Below, piece after piece: positions 7,017 to 15,073 of a stretch of 20,307 nt of DNA. Each line of letters starts with the position of its first letter. Position 1 is the first letter of the stretch. Position numbers and translations under genes: made by a program. The stretch lies in the IMG/VR virus record IMGVR_UViG_3300032164_003094. One strand, given 5' to 3'. The notes under the pieces are model-generated. The model was given only the letters and a program-made list of their open reading frames with translations, ran no database searches and was not told the origin of the DNA. Source of the DNA: a virus.

Positions 7017-7851
7017 AAACCTCGCTCTCTTCCCGGCCGGCGAGCTCGCGATGGCCGGGTGCGACCCGGAGGGGGACGAGAGGAACTTTCGGAGGAACCT
7101 CCTGACGCTCCGGGACGCCTTCCAGCGCAGTCCAGAGATTCGAGAGTGCCTGACGGCCGCCACGCGGGAAGAACGCAAGCAGGGCATCCTCCATTTCCAC
7201 CCGTTCGCGGAGTGCGCCCCCGGAGGTAAAGCATCGCTCGAGAAGGCCCTAGACTACCTCCTCGAAGAGCTTGAACAAATGCAGGTGGCCGAGCACCCCC
7301 AATACCTCGTCGACGAGAGCACCGGCAAGGCGGTCGCGCCGTTCACGAAGGAAATGGTATATCAGACCCCGGACTTCGTGAACGAGGCCGGACAGCTGAT
7401 CAAAGGGAAGAAGGTAGTCAACCCAAGCTTCGCTTCCGCCATAGGGCTCGCCAGGCAAGAGCAGTCCAGGACGGAGTCCGCCCTCGCAAGGTCCAGCGGA
7501 GACCTAGACCCAGTCTACCTTCACCTCAGGGACCCGGACTCGATAGTCCGGGCGGCGAGGGAACACCTTGAGGCCGCAGGAGTGCCGGAGGCGGAGCCCG
7601 GCTCGGTGGAGGAAGTCCTGGAAGTCGGACGGGAGCAGTCAGACGGAGTCCTGCAGTCCCCGAACCGAGGGTTCCATCGGCACGCCGTCTACGGAGCCCT
7701 GGTGGCCCGGAAGGTCGTCGACGCCGGACACAAGGCCTGCACCGTGGTCGGGCTGGAGAAGAAGTCGAACTCCAAGTTCCGGTGGTACGAGGTCAAAGTG
7801 CTGGTACCGGCCCGATCAGCGGACGCCGGGGCCAACGTTCCGACTCTGTGA
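6991..7851 (+). CDS. Hypothetical protein, 286 aa, no motif recognised.
   Basis: ATG at 6991 is preceded by GGAGG 5 nt upstream. Protein-like composition. Overlaps the upstream gene by about 26 nt and the convergent gene at its 3' end. Confidence 0.55.
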   Translation: MSSDLTNSKNLALFPAGELAMAGCDPEGDERNFRRNLLTLRDAFQRSPEIRECLTAATREERKQGILHFHPFAECAPGGKASLEKALDYLLEELEQMQVAEHPQYLVDESTGKAVAPFTKEMVYQTPDFVNEAGQLIKGKKVVNPSFASAIGLARQEQSRTESALARSSGDLDPVYLHLRDPDSIVRAAREHLEAAGVPEAEPGSVEEVLEVGREQSDGVLQSPNRGFHRHAVYGALVARKVVDAGHKACTVVGLEKKSNSKFRWYEVKVLVPARSADAGANVPTL

Positions 7852-8359
7852 GGGCCTGGGCCAGGACGCACGCCAGGGCCCACTGGAACTCGTGGACGCC
7901 CTCAACGGCCGTCTCCTGGATTCCCGTGAGGACCTTCGGGACGTCGTCCACTCGGCACCGGAAGCGGAGGGACACGTACGTTCCAAGCGGGAGCATCGGG
8001 ACCAGGTCCGACGGGTTCGTCAGGAGCTGGGCGACCTTCGCGAAGGTCTGGGCGACCACGCTCATTTGGTGGGCGATGGCCGTATTGATCCGAACATCGG
8101 CCTGATCGAGCTGCGTCCCCATGAACGAAAGCCGCTCCTTCGTCACCTGGGGAATCCAGACGGCGAGCGGCTCGGCGATCTTGAACTCGTCGATGAAGCC
8201 AGCCCCGAGGAGGGAAGGCGTCACGGCCTGGAATAGGCAGTTCGGCATCTGGAGCCTGATGGACGCGGTGCGCCCGAACGGGTCGGTGTCCTCAAGGACG
8301 ACCTTCCCGTACTCGAAGAACTGAGAGGAGTCTACGGGGGAGGGCTCCTTATCCTGCAT
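7793..8359 (-). CDS. Hypothetical protein, 188 aa.
   Basis: Protein-like ORF; the antisense plus-strand ORF 7568-8236 is Arg/Ser/Trp-rich shadow. It is the last gene of the minus-strand string that begins with the dCTP deaminase gene. Confidence 0.5.
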   Translation of the reverse strand: MQDKEPSPVDSSQFFEYGKVVLEDTDPFGRTASIRLQMPNCLFQAVTPSLLGAGFIDEFKIAEPLAVWIPQVTKERLSFMGTQLDQADVRINTAIAHQMSVVAQTFAKVAQLLTNPSDLVPMLPLGTYVSLRFRCRVDDVPKVLTGIQETAVEGVHEFQWALACVLAQALTESERWPRRPLIGPVPAL

Positions 8360-8549
8360 CGCTCTCGTCCGCGTAATAGTCCTTGTAGTCCTTCACCTCA
8401 AGCCTCTTTCCGGCGACGAAGGCCTCCGGCGTCCCGTCCGCCCTCACCCGGAAAAGGATGAGCCCTCCTTTGTAGTACAGCTCCAGGTGTTCCCCAGGCC
8501 CCACCTTCAGGCGGTCGACAGTCGTCTCGACGGAAGGATGACGGCTCAT
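8349..8549 (-). CDS. Small hypothetical protein, 66 aa.
   Basis: ATGA-type overlap with the upstream small ORF, and an 11-nt overlap with the downstream gene, consistent with a translationally coupled operon. Confidence 0.4.
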   Translation of the reverse strand: MSRHPSVETTVDRLKVGPGEHLELYYKGGLILFRVRADGTPEAFVAGKRLEVKDYKDYYADESDAG

Positions 8550-8698
8550 TCGACCTTCTCCTGGGCGTCCGGAGTCTCCCTAACCACCGCGCCGTCGTCG
8601 GCCGTGGCGAGCAGCAGCGCCGACCCGGACGGGCAGAGACCGAACGGATGATCACGGCACTGCTCGCACTCGTCGAGGTGGGCGTGGAATTTGTCCAT
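8546..8698 (-). CDS. Small Cys/His-rich protein, about 50 aa (MDKFHAHLDECEQCRDHPFGLCPSG...). Start taken at the internal ATG at 8698 rather than the track start at 8773.
   Basis: The HAHLDECEQC..H..C motif looks like a metal-binding site. The internal start avoids a 60-nt out-of-frame overlap with the upstream gene. Confidence 0.35.
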   Translation of the reverse strand: MDKFHAHLDECEQCRDHPFGLCPSGSALLLATADDGAVVRETPDAQEKVE

Positions 8699-8712
8699 AG
8701 ACTCGATGAGGC

Positions 8713-8967
8713 TCACGGGCAGCCCACCGGAGGGTGCATCGCGGCGTTCAGCTCCGGCTCGACCTCCTGCCAATTCTCCACGTCCGTAAGGGCCTCACCC
8801 CACGTGGGGCTCATGGGAGAGAATACCCCGCACTTGCACTCCAGCCAGCACGATCCCCTCCCGCCGAGCGCCAGTAGCCCAGGCTCGAGGCAAGCCGGAC
8901 AAGGGTGCCTGGCGGCGGTGAAGGCCCTCCGGATCTCCCGGTCCTTCAACATTTCCTCGCGCGTCAT
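8713..8967 (-). CDS. Small Cys-rich protein, about 84 aa (CPAC...CWLECKC).
   Basis: Its ATG at 8965-8967 overlaps the TGA stop of the dCTP deaminase gene (ATGA). It has two Cys clusters. Confidence 0.4.
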   Translation of the reverse strand: MTREEMLKDREIRRAFTAARHPCPACLEPGLLALGGRGSCWLECKCGVFSPMSPTWGEALTDVENWQEVEPELNAAMHPPVGCP

Positions 8968-9659
8968 TGAAACATCTTCCACGACTGTGACGGGATTGGG
9001 CCCATCGCGAGATCGCCCTTATAACTACCCTTGGACTGGTAGCTGTCGACCTCTCCGACGAGCGTGTGGAATCGCATCTGGCAGAACCTCATACCCGGGT
9101 AGACGATGAGCGGGTGCAGAACCGCCACCTCGAGCGTGTACTGGCCGTCGAACCCCGGGTCGCCATATCCGGCCGTAACGTGGACGAAGCAGAAGAGACG
9201 GCCTATTGAGGACTTCCCGTCTATGATGGGGACGAATTTGTCCGTCGCCACGCGCTCCTCAGTGTGCATCAGGTAGCCGATCCCGGGCAGGAGAACGAGG
9301 CCCCGGTCGTCCATCTCGTACCTGGCCACCCGGTTCTCCCTGGCGGAGTCAAGACAGTTCTGGCCGGCCTTCGCCGCTATCTTCTCGCCGGGGGCATATT
9401 TCGGGCGGAGCCTCTCCCCCGGGACGCCGAAGGAGCCGTCGTCCCGCATCCCGTCGCACTCCCAGTCATCATCGCTCCCGGCCTGGACGAGAGCCCTATA
9501 TACGGCGACGTGGCGTCCGAGCGTCAGGTCGTACGAGGCCGGGTTGATCCGGTCCTCGAACCTGGGGTCGCCGGACTCGAACGGGTCTATCCTGATCGTC
9601 CCATCGCGGATGGCGTCGCGAATCTGCTTGCCGGAAAGAATGCCGCCGTTTGGTCCCAT
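8964..9659 (-). CDS. dcd: dCTP deaminase, about 232 aa, with a C-terminal extension of about 40 aa relative to typical enzymes.
   Basis: ILSGKQIRDAIRDGTIRIDPF ... NPASYDLTLG ... GYGDPGFDGQYTLEV are the dCTP deaminase / dUTPase-fold signature motifs. Start taken at ATG 9657-9659 (MGPNGGILSG), not the upstream track start at 9839. Confidence 0.8.
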   Translation of the reverse strand: MGPNGGILSGKQIRDAIRDGTIRIDPFESGDPRFEDRINPASYDLTLGRHVAVYRALVQAGSDDDWECDGMRDDGSFGVPGERLRPKYAPGEKIAAKAGQNCLDSARENRVARYEMDDRGLVLLPGIGYLMHTEERVATDKFVPIIDGKSSIGRLFCFVHVTAGYGDPGFDGQYTLEVAVLHPLIVYPGMRFCQMRFHTLVGEVDSYQSKGSYKGDLAMGPIPSQSWKMFQ

Positions 9660-9683
9660 TAAAGTCTCCAGGTATGATTTTAC

Positions 9684-9968
9684 ATGCCGATGACTGAAGA
9701 AGAAAAGCGGGAGGCCCTCGTCATCGCCGAGTCCATCGGCCCCGTGCAGATCTTCGAGACCCTCCAAGACCTCATCGCCAGGGAAAGGAGCCTTCTGGAG
9801 ACCCCTATGGACCGGGACATGCGGGCCATAACGCTGCACAACCTCGCCGTCCTGACCGCCGCCTGCGCAGGGTATGAGGAGGCGGCGAAAAAGTTCAACG
9901 AGGCTTTATCCAAGGCCAAACAGGCCCGCGATGACGGGGAAGGAACGGGAGTCGACGAGGATCCCTGA
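9684..9968 (+). CDS. Small hypothetical helical protein, 94 aa, with one TPR-like motif.
   Basis: Divergent from the dCTP deaminase gene with only about 24 nt between the starts. Its 3' end overlaps the convergent polymerase gene by about 63 nt. AITLHNLAVLTAACAGYEEAAKKFNEALSKAKQ looks TPR-like. Confidence 0.4.
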   Translation: MPMTEEEKREALVIAESIGPVQIFETLQDLIARERSLLETPMDRDMRAITLHNLAVLTAACAGYEEAAKKFNEALSKAKQARDDGEGTGVDEDP

Positions 9969-12902
9969 CTCCTCGGATATGATGACGTTCCCCTTCGAGT
10001 CGACGACGCGCAGTATGTCGACCCCCTCCGTCAGCACGCACACGGCGTGAAGCTTCTTCTGGTTCCGCTTGGTCATCGGGGACCTCAGCACCCAGCGGAC
10101 GACCTCCCTGTCGCCCGACGGGACTTCCCGCTTCTCCGGCCTGGCCTGGACGCTAGACTTCGGCTCCGAAGAGCCAAATCCGGGGTCCATGGAGTCGGAT
10201 AGGTCAATCTCAACGGGGGCCGGGGCCGGGATTGCCGGCTCGGACGTACCGTTCGCCTCCTTCGACACAGGGAGGGGGACGTCGAAGTCGTCCATTGAAA
10301 AGTCGTTCACTCCGGCTGTTCTCGGTGGCGGCGGTGGCGGCTCTTCCTCCTTCGGCGCCGCTGGCTTCTCTGCTTCGACCCTTGCGGACTCTGGGGTATC
10401 CGTCCTCTCCTCCGCGTTCATGTCAACCGGCCGTCCGACGATCTCAACAGGGTCGGCCCCGGATCCCGTCGTATGAACACGGTCCACCATGGTCTCGACG
10501 ACAACGTCTTTCGCCGGCTCGGTCGGCACCACCTCCTCGGACCTCTCCGGCTTCGGTTCAGACGTCACGGGAACCCTCCGTATCCATTGTTCGAGGAACT
10601 CAGGGACCTTCTGGTATATACGTCCATCCGCGAAGTATTGGTCCTTCTTCAGCTTACCCTTGAACGTGCCGTCCTCGGCGGTATCCTTCGGATTGACGGG
10701 AGCCCCGTCCACCATCGCGAAGTAGTCGAAGCGAGCCTTCCAGTTACAGTCGACCCCAGGCTCCGTGAGCAGTGGGACATCCCACGCGCGGCCGTGGGCC
10801 TTCTGCAGCCTCCAAGGCTCGGTCATCCACTCGTCGAGCTTACGGACGATCTCCATGAGGAACTCTGGCTTGATCTCATAGACGACCTCGTCGTGCACCG
10901 TCAGGACGTAGCGGCACCGGTCCTTCCACCCGAGCGTCCGGAGCTGCTTGTCGACGTAGCACATCGCAAACTTCAGGACGTCGGCCGAAGTCGCCTGAAT
11001 CGTGTAGTTGATCGCGCAGCGTTCGGCCTTCGACCGGATGCCGCGAATCGGAGAGTCGATCGTCGGGATGGGGATCCGACGGCCGAACGCTGTGTAGATG
11101 CACTTATGCTTATGGGCGTACTTCTTTTGGAACTCAACATACCCCATGAGGATGGGAACGTCGTTCCGGAGGTTCTCCATGTGCTTGGAGGCTTCCTCAA
11201 TGGAACAGCCGACGTTCCTCTGGATGGCGCCCGCGCCGCCGCCGTAGATGAACGCGAAGTTGCATCGCTTACCACGGTTACGCTCGTCCTTGTTAATGTC
11301 CTTCTTACCGAAGAGCGTGCGGGCCGTGATGCTATGAACGTCCCCGTCCTCGTAAAGGAATGACTTCGTCCAGATCGGGTCCCCGGAAAGGTTGGTGACG
11401 ACGCGCAGCTCCTCGCCTGCATAGTCGAGCTTCACGAGCATCCACCCCTTCCGCGGGATTATGCAGGTTCGAAGCTGCTTGAATAGGTCCGGCTTATCCT
11501 CGTCCGAATCGCGAGGTATGCCCTGGAAGTTGATTCCGGAATACCCGTCCGCGATCTTTCCAGCCTTCGACGAGAGGCGCGTCGTGTCAGTGCCTATCTG
11601 GCTAAAGTTCGGCCGGACGTCCCCATATTTGTCGACCGCCTTCGACAGCGGGTTCAGGTACGAACCCAACATCTTCTGGTAATGGCGCCATTCCAGGATG
11701 AGTTCGAAGATGCTCTCGCGCTTCAGGCTCCCGTCCTTGTCGGTGATGCCCTCTCGCACAACGGAGAACTTCGCGCCGTACACCTTATGAAGGGACTTCA
11801 GGGCCTCATCCTTGAGGCTATACTGCTTGTCATCCACCGACCCGTCCTCTTCCTCCTCCGAGTCCCCGCCCCCGCCACCACCCTCCTGACCCTCGTTCTC
11901 CGCCGCGAGCATCTCGGCCGTCGGCTTCAGGCGCAGTCCTTCCGAGTCCGTGATGAGGGCCTCGGAAAGCTGCTGGACGGCGCCAATGTTCAACGTAATC
12001 CAACGGCCCGTCTTGCCTGTCTTCCCCTCTATCACCTCGCGGATTGAGTCCCCGACCTTGTGCATCTCGGACGTGCACTCGGTCCGCAAGTGTTCCACAC
12101 GGTCCACGTCCACGTGGACGCGGTTTCGCTCAAGCTCGCGGATGACGTTGCAGAACGACTTTTCCAGATCGTAGATCCTCTGGTCGGAGTCGGAGAGTTT
12201 GGGGTGCAGGACCTCCCTCAGCTTGTACGTGAAGATGCCGTCGGAACAGCCATACGCAAGGCCCTCCTTCGGGTGCAGGACAGCAAAGTTGTACCCCTGC
12301 TTATCCCGCTTCATCTGCTCCATCTTCTCGGGCGTAAAGAGGTCCGAGAGCTCGAGCATCTCCACGTTGAAGTGAATCTTGGAAAGCTGCTTCAGGCCGT
12401 TCGGCATCTGCTTCAGCGGTGAGATGACCTTCGACATGAGGTATGTGTCCTCATACTCGGCGAGTTTCCAGTGGTCTTTCCCGGTGACGGGATAGAGGAA
12501 CTCGCAGTCGAACTTGGCTCCGTGGAACACGACCCTGCAGCCGTTCACAAGGCGGGTGATCTCCTCCCACGCCTCATCCCATGGCAGGTTCCCGGAGTCC
12601 TCCGGATAGTGTCCGACGGGGACGTAGTAGCCGTTATATCCGTCGAACGAGATGCAGAGCCCGGCGACCTTGTCGACCGTCCTCATGCCATGGCGAGTTT
12701 TCTTTCCATCCCCGAAGAACTCGTCCTGGTAGACGCGGTTGTCGAGCCCGGTGGTCTCCAGGTCCAGAGAGCATGTCTTGCGTTGGAGGCAAAGGTCAAC
12801 AAGCTTCTTAAGCCGGTCCACGGAGGTGACGAGGTGGAACTTGTACCCCTGCATCCACTCACGCTGAGTGTCCACCTTGTCGTCCATCTGCTGCAGAAGC
12901 AT
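9906..12902 (-). CDS. Family A (Pol I-like) DNA polymerase, 998 aa. It has an N-terminal 3'-5' proofreading exonuclease and no 5'-3' nuclease domain. An acidic/Gly insert is present, and there is a C-terminal low-complexity extension of about 260 aa.
   Basis: Exo I LDLETTGLD, Exo II HGAKFDCEF, Exo III YGCSDGIFTYKL. Pol motif A LDYAGEELRVV, motif B RNRGKRCNFAFIYGGG, motif C TVHDEVVYE. Confidence 0.9.
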   Translation of the reverse strand: MLLQQMDDKVDTQREWMQGYKFHLVTSVDRLKKLVDLCLQRKTCSLDLETTGLDNRVYQDEFFGDGKKTRHGMRTVDKVAGLCISFDGYNGYYVPVGHYPEDSGNLPWDEAWEEITRLVNGCRVVFHGAKFDCEFLYPVTGKDHWKLAEYEDTYLMSKVISPLKQMPNGLKQLSKIHFNVEMLELSDLFTPEKMEQMKRDKQGYNFAVLHPKEGLAYGCSDGIFTYKLREVLHPKLSDSDQRIYDLEKSFCNVIRELERNRVHVDVDRVEHLRTECTSEMHKVGDSIREVIEGKTGKTGRWITLNIGAVQQLSEALITDSEGLRLKPTAEMLAAENEGQEGGGGGGDSEEEEDGSVDDKQYSLKDEALKSLHKVYGAKFSVVREGITDKDGSLKRESIFELILEWRHYQKMLGSYLNPLSKAVDKYGDVRPNFSQIGTDTTRLSSKAGKIADGYSGINFQGIPRDSDEDKPDLFKQLRTCIIPRKGWMLVKLDYAGEELRVVTNLSGDPIWTKSFLYEDGDVHSITARTLFGKKDINKDERNRGKRCNFAFIYGGGAGAIQRNVGCSIEEASKHMENLRNDVPILMGYVEFQKKYAHKHKCIYTAFGRRIPIPTIDSPIRGIRSKAERCAINYTIQATSADVLKFAMCYVDKQLRTLGWKDRCRYVLTVHDEVVYEIKPEFLMEIVRKLDEWMTEPWRLQKAHGRAWDVPLLTEPGVDCNWKARFDYFAMVDGAPVNPKDTAEDGTFKGKLKKDQYFADGRIYQKVPEFLEQWIRRVPVTSEPKPERSEEVVPTEPAKDVVVETMVDRVHTTGSGADPVEIVGRPVDMNAEERTDTPESARVEAEKPAAPKEEEPPPPPPRTAGVNDFSMDDFDVPLPVSKEANGTSEPAIPAPAPVEIDLSDSMDPGFGSSEPKSSVQARPEKREVPSGDREVVRWVLRSPMTKRNQKKLHAVCVLTEGVDILRVVDSKGNVIISEESGILVDSRSFPVIAGLFGLG

Positions 12903-12916
12903 GGCGAGACCTTACA

Positions 12917-14026
12917 GTGGGTGTACCGTGTAGGACCAGGGAAGCCAAATTGAGCCAGGACCATTACGCTATCTTGGGACTGCCGAGGACGGCGTCCCAA
13001 GAGGACATCAAGAAGGCCTTCCGCAGGCTCGCGGTCGAGCACCATCCGGACAAGGGCGGAAACGCCTCCAGGTTCAAGGAGGTCAACACGGCCCACCAGG
13101 TCCTGACCGACGAGGGAAAGAAAGCGCGATTCGACGCTTATGGGGACGAGAACGCACAGCATCCGCCCCGTCCACCCCCGAGGCGGCCCGGGAACTTCCG
13201 TGTAACGATGGACGACCTGAACTCGGTCTTCAACAACCATTTTGACCCGTTCGGCCCGTTCCACGGCGGGGGAGTCGCGGACTTCGCCAAGAAAGCACGT
13301 CCCGTCCAAGACCCCGGCGACGACATCAGGATCAAGGTCTCCGTTCCGATGGAGGAAGCCTTGGTCGGGACGAAGAAGACGGTCCGATTTGACCGCGGGG
13401 ATGCACAGCTTTGCAGAAAGTGCGCAGGATCCGGGTCTCAGAACGGCAGGCCGCAGGGGATCTGCCTGACGTGCGACGGGAGTGGGAGGACCATAGACAT
13501 GGTGGCCGGCCATCCGGCCGTCCGACAGTGTCGACAATGCCGTGGGTCCGGGAGCTCGAGCGCGGACAGGTGCCAGGACTGCTCCGGGTCGGGAAAGGAG
13601 GCCGTGCAGAGGGAGATCACGGTCACCATCCCGAAAGGACTGCGCAGCGGGCAGGACATGAAGGTCAAAGGGCTCGGCAGGCCGGGGGCACCGCCGGGGG
13701 ACCTGATTTTGACCGTCGAAATCCGGGACTCCGAAAATTGGTGGGCTCGAGGAGAGTCTCTCTTCACAACGGTCGAGGTGGGGATGACGGACCTTCTCCA
13801 CGGCGGAAGCACGACGACGCGCATGCCGGACGGCCGGGAAGTCTCGGTGACCGTCCCCGCCGGGGGAGGCCGGGCGACCGCCCAGGGGGCGTGGAAGAAC
13901 CCCGCAGGGCAGGACGGAGACCTGACGGTCTTGTTCAAGGTGAGGCCGGCCAGGGGGTTCAGCCCGCGCGCGGAGCGCCTGATGCGAGAGCTTCTTGAAG
14001 AGCTTGGGGGTCGGGAACGACAATGA
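12917..14026 (+). CDS. dnaJ: Type I DnaJ (Hsp40) co-chaperone: J domain, linker, four CxxCxGxG zinc-finger repeats, then C-terminal substrate-binding domains.
   Basis: DHYAILGL...HHPDKGG...FKEVNTAHQVL (J domain). CRKCAGSG, CLTCDGSG, CRQCRGSG, CQDCSGSG. Start is GTG 12917, or alternatively TTG 12950 preceded by AGGGAAG. The long minus-strand ORFs over this gene are Arg/Pro/Gly-rich shadows. Confidence 0.85.
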   Translation: MGVPCRTREAKLSQDHYAILGLPRTASQEDIKKAFRRLAVEHHPDKGGNASRFKEVNTAHQVLTDEGKKARFDAYGDENAQHPPRPPPRRPGNFRVTMDDLNSVFNNHFDPFGPFHGGGVADFAKKARPVQDPGDDIRIKVSVPMEEALVGTKKTVRFDRGDAQLCRKCAGSGSQNGRPQGICLTCDGSGRTIDMVAGHPAVRQCRQCRGSGSSSADRCQDCSGSGKEAVQREITVTIPKGLRSGQDMKVKGLGRPGAPPGDLILTVEIRDSENWWARGESLFTTVEVGMTDLLHGGSTTTRMPDGREVSVTVPAGGGRATAQGAWKNPAGQDGDLTVLFKVRPARGFSPRAERLMRELLEELGGRERQ

Positions 14027-14441
14027 CGACCCGTCGCTTCGCAGCCCACGCCAGGACTATCGAGTTCACGACCTCCTGAAGTTCGCCCTCGGACGCGTGC
14101 TCCCAGCAAGGCGGGATGCGGCGCTTCCCCGTGACGTTCTTGGACGTACAAACGTGCCGGTCAGCCATGATGCACGTCCCGACGTGGGCGCACTCCGGGC
14201 GGAGCAGCTTCAGGAGCCCGGCCACCGGGTCCTTCACCGTCCTCCGTAGCTCCACGTCCCACCCCATCTTGGCGGCCTCCACCCCGTCGCGCGACATGAC
14301 GGCGCAGCCCCTCAGGACGTCCCATAGTGGGACGAGGCCCTTCACGGAGGCGAGGGCCGGGATGCGCTCGAAGGCGAACTCGGAGACGTCAATCCTCTCG
14401 CCGGTCTTCAGCGTCAGCGCGTACTCGTCAGGGATGATCAT
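13959..14441 (-). CDS. Hypothetical protein, 160 aa, with scattered Cys/His (CAHVGTC...HVC...CWEH).
   Basis: ATG at 14439-14441 overlaps the end of the upstream zinc-finger gene by 14 nt. Its 3' end overlaps the dnaJ 3' end (convergent). No family recognised. Confidence 0.45.
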   Translation of the reverse strand: MIIPDEYALTLKTGERIDVSEFAFERIPALASVKGLVPLWDVLRGCAVMSRDGVEAAKMGWDVELRRTVKDPVAGLLKLLRPECAHVGTCIMADRHVCTSKNVTGKRRIPPCWEHASEGELQEVVNSIVLAWAAKRRVVIVVPDPQALQEALASGAPRAG

Positions 14442-15072
14442 CGGCTTCGAACGCGAACATGTCGTCCGTGACGAGGGACGCCTCGTCCATCCTCCCCCGC
14501 AGCTTCAGCAGGGCGGACACCATCTCCGGCGTGGACTTCTCCAGCTTGTCGTAGTCGTACGCCACGTGGTCGAGGAGCCGGCAGAACTTCACGTAGTCCG
14601 ACATGGCGCACCTGTCCCGCAGCCGGGCGAGCTTCGTCTCGAGCAGCTTCAGGACGAGCGGGACGTCGGCCCATTTCTCGGACACGTAGCCGGAGCCGCG
14701 GTCGGACAGCTCCTTGAAGTCCGGGACGTCCGGGCGCCTCGGAACCTTGACGTGGTACCGGCGCTCCAGGTCCGTGAGCGCGTCCATGAAGCGGAGCTTT
14801 CGGAACTCCGCGTACAGGTTCAGGCCGTCCCAGTTCTTCTTGCACTTGAAGCACCGGACGTAGGACGGACGGCCGCCCGACCGCGGATAGTAGCGGCCGG
14901 ACGGCTTGTTGTCCGCCCCGTGGAAAGGGCACTTGATCTGCGTCGGCGTCGTCTCGTCCGGGACGTCCGAGATGCCGTTCTCAACCAGGCAGTCGAAGGC
15001 CGAGTAGCGCTCGTGGACCGCGTGGACCCGGCGCTTTATCCACTCCTGGACTGATGTCTTCTCGAGCTCCAT
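14428..15072 (-). CDS. Protein with a primase-type CHC2 zinc finger (CPFHGADNKPSGRYYP...CFKCKKNWDGLNLYAEF), about 214 aa, and no recognisable TOPRIM or catalytic domain.
   Basis: The CPFHG...C.KC...G....Y motif is the DnaG-type zinc-binding domain. Start taken at the ATG at 15070-15072 (MELEKTS...), immediately after the stop of the upstream gene. The track's longer ORF to 15219 would overlap the upstream gene out of frame. Confidence 0.6.
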   Translation of the reverse strand: MELEKTSVQEWIKRRVHAVHERYSAFDCLVENGISDVPDETTPTQIKCPFHGADNKPSGRYYPRSGGRPSYVRCFKCKKNWDGLNLYAEFRKLRFMDALTDLERRYHVKVPRRPDVPDFKELSDRGSGYVSEKWADVPLVLKLLETKLARLRDRCAMSDYVKFCRLLDHVAYDYDKLEKSTPEMVSALLKLRGRMDEASLVTDDMFAFEADDHP

Positions 15073-15073
15073 T

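Noticed and set aside
6499-7234. Minus-strand ORFs (233, 175, 81 aa) opposite genes 6396-7016 and 6991-7851
   Set aside because: Arg/Gly/Pro-rich shadow frames. The plus-strand genes have SD sequences and recognisable Pro-rich/Cys-pair features.
8546-8982. Possible programmed frameshift fusing the two Cys-rich small ORFs 8713-8982 and 8546-8773
   Set aside because: Each has its own plausible ATG (8967 and 8698) with a proper stop, and a 14-nt gap separates them. No slippery heptamer was noticed. Two separate micro-genes is simpler.
10069-11422. Several 130-300 aa plus-strand and minus-strand ORFs inside the polymerase gene
   Set aside because: They are shadow frames of the 998-aa family A polymerase, which has all catalytic motifs in a single frame.
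9906-12902. Initial impression that the large polymerase might be family B
   Set aside because: The motifs are family A: DYAGEELR (motif A), RxxxKxxNFAxIYG (motif B), VHDE (motif C), plus Klenow-type exo I-III. No family B YGDTDS motif is present.
12683-14151. 446-aa and 237-aa minus-strand ORFs, and the plus-strand ORF 13411-13998, overlapping dnaJ
   Set aside because: Arg/Pro/Ser-rich junk composition. The plus-strand dnaJ frame carries an unmistakable J domain and four CxxCxGxG motifs.
14116-15054. 312-aa plus-strand ORF and 164-aa minus-strand ORF 14438-14932
   Set aside because: These are antisense or off-frame to the CHC2 zinc-finger gene and its neighbours, and have Arg/Val/Leu-rich shadow composition.
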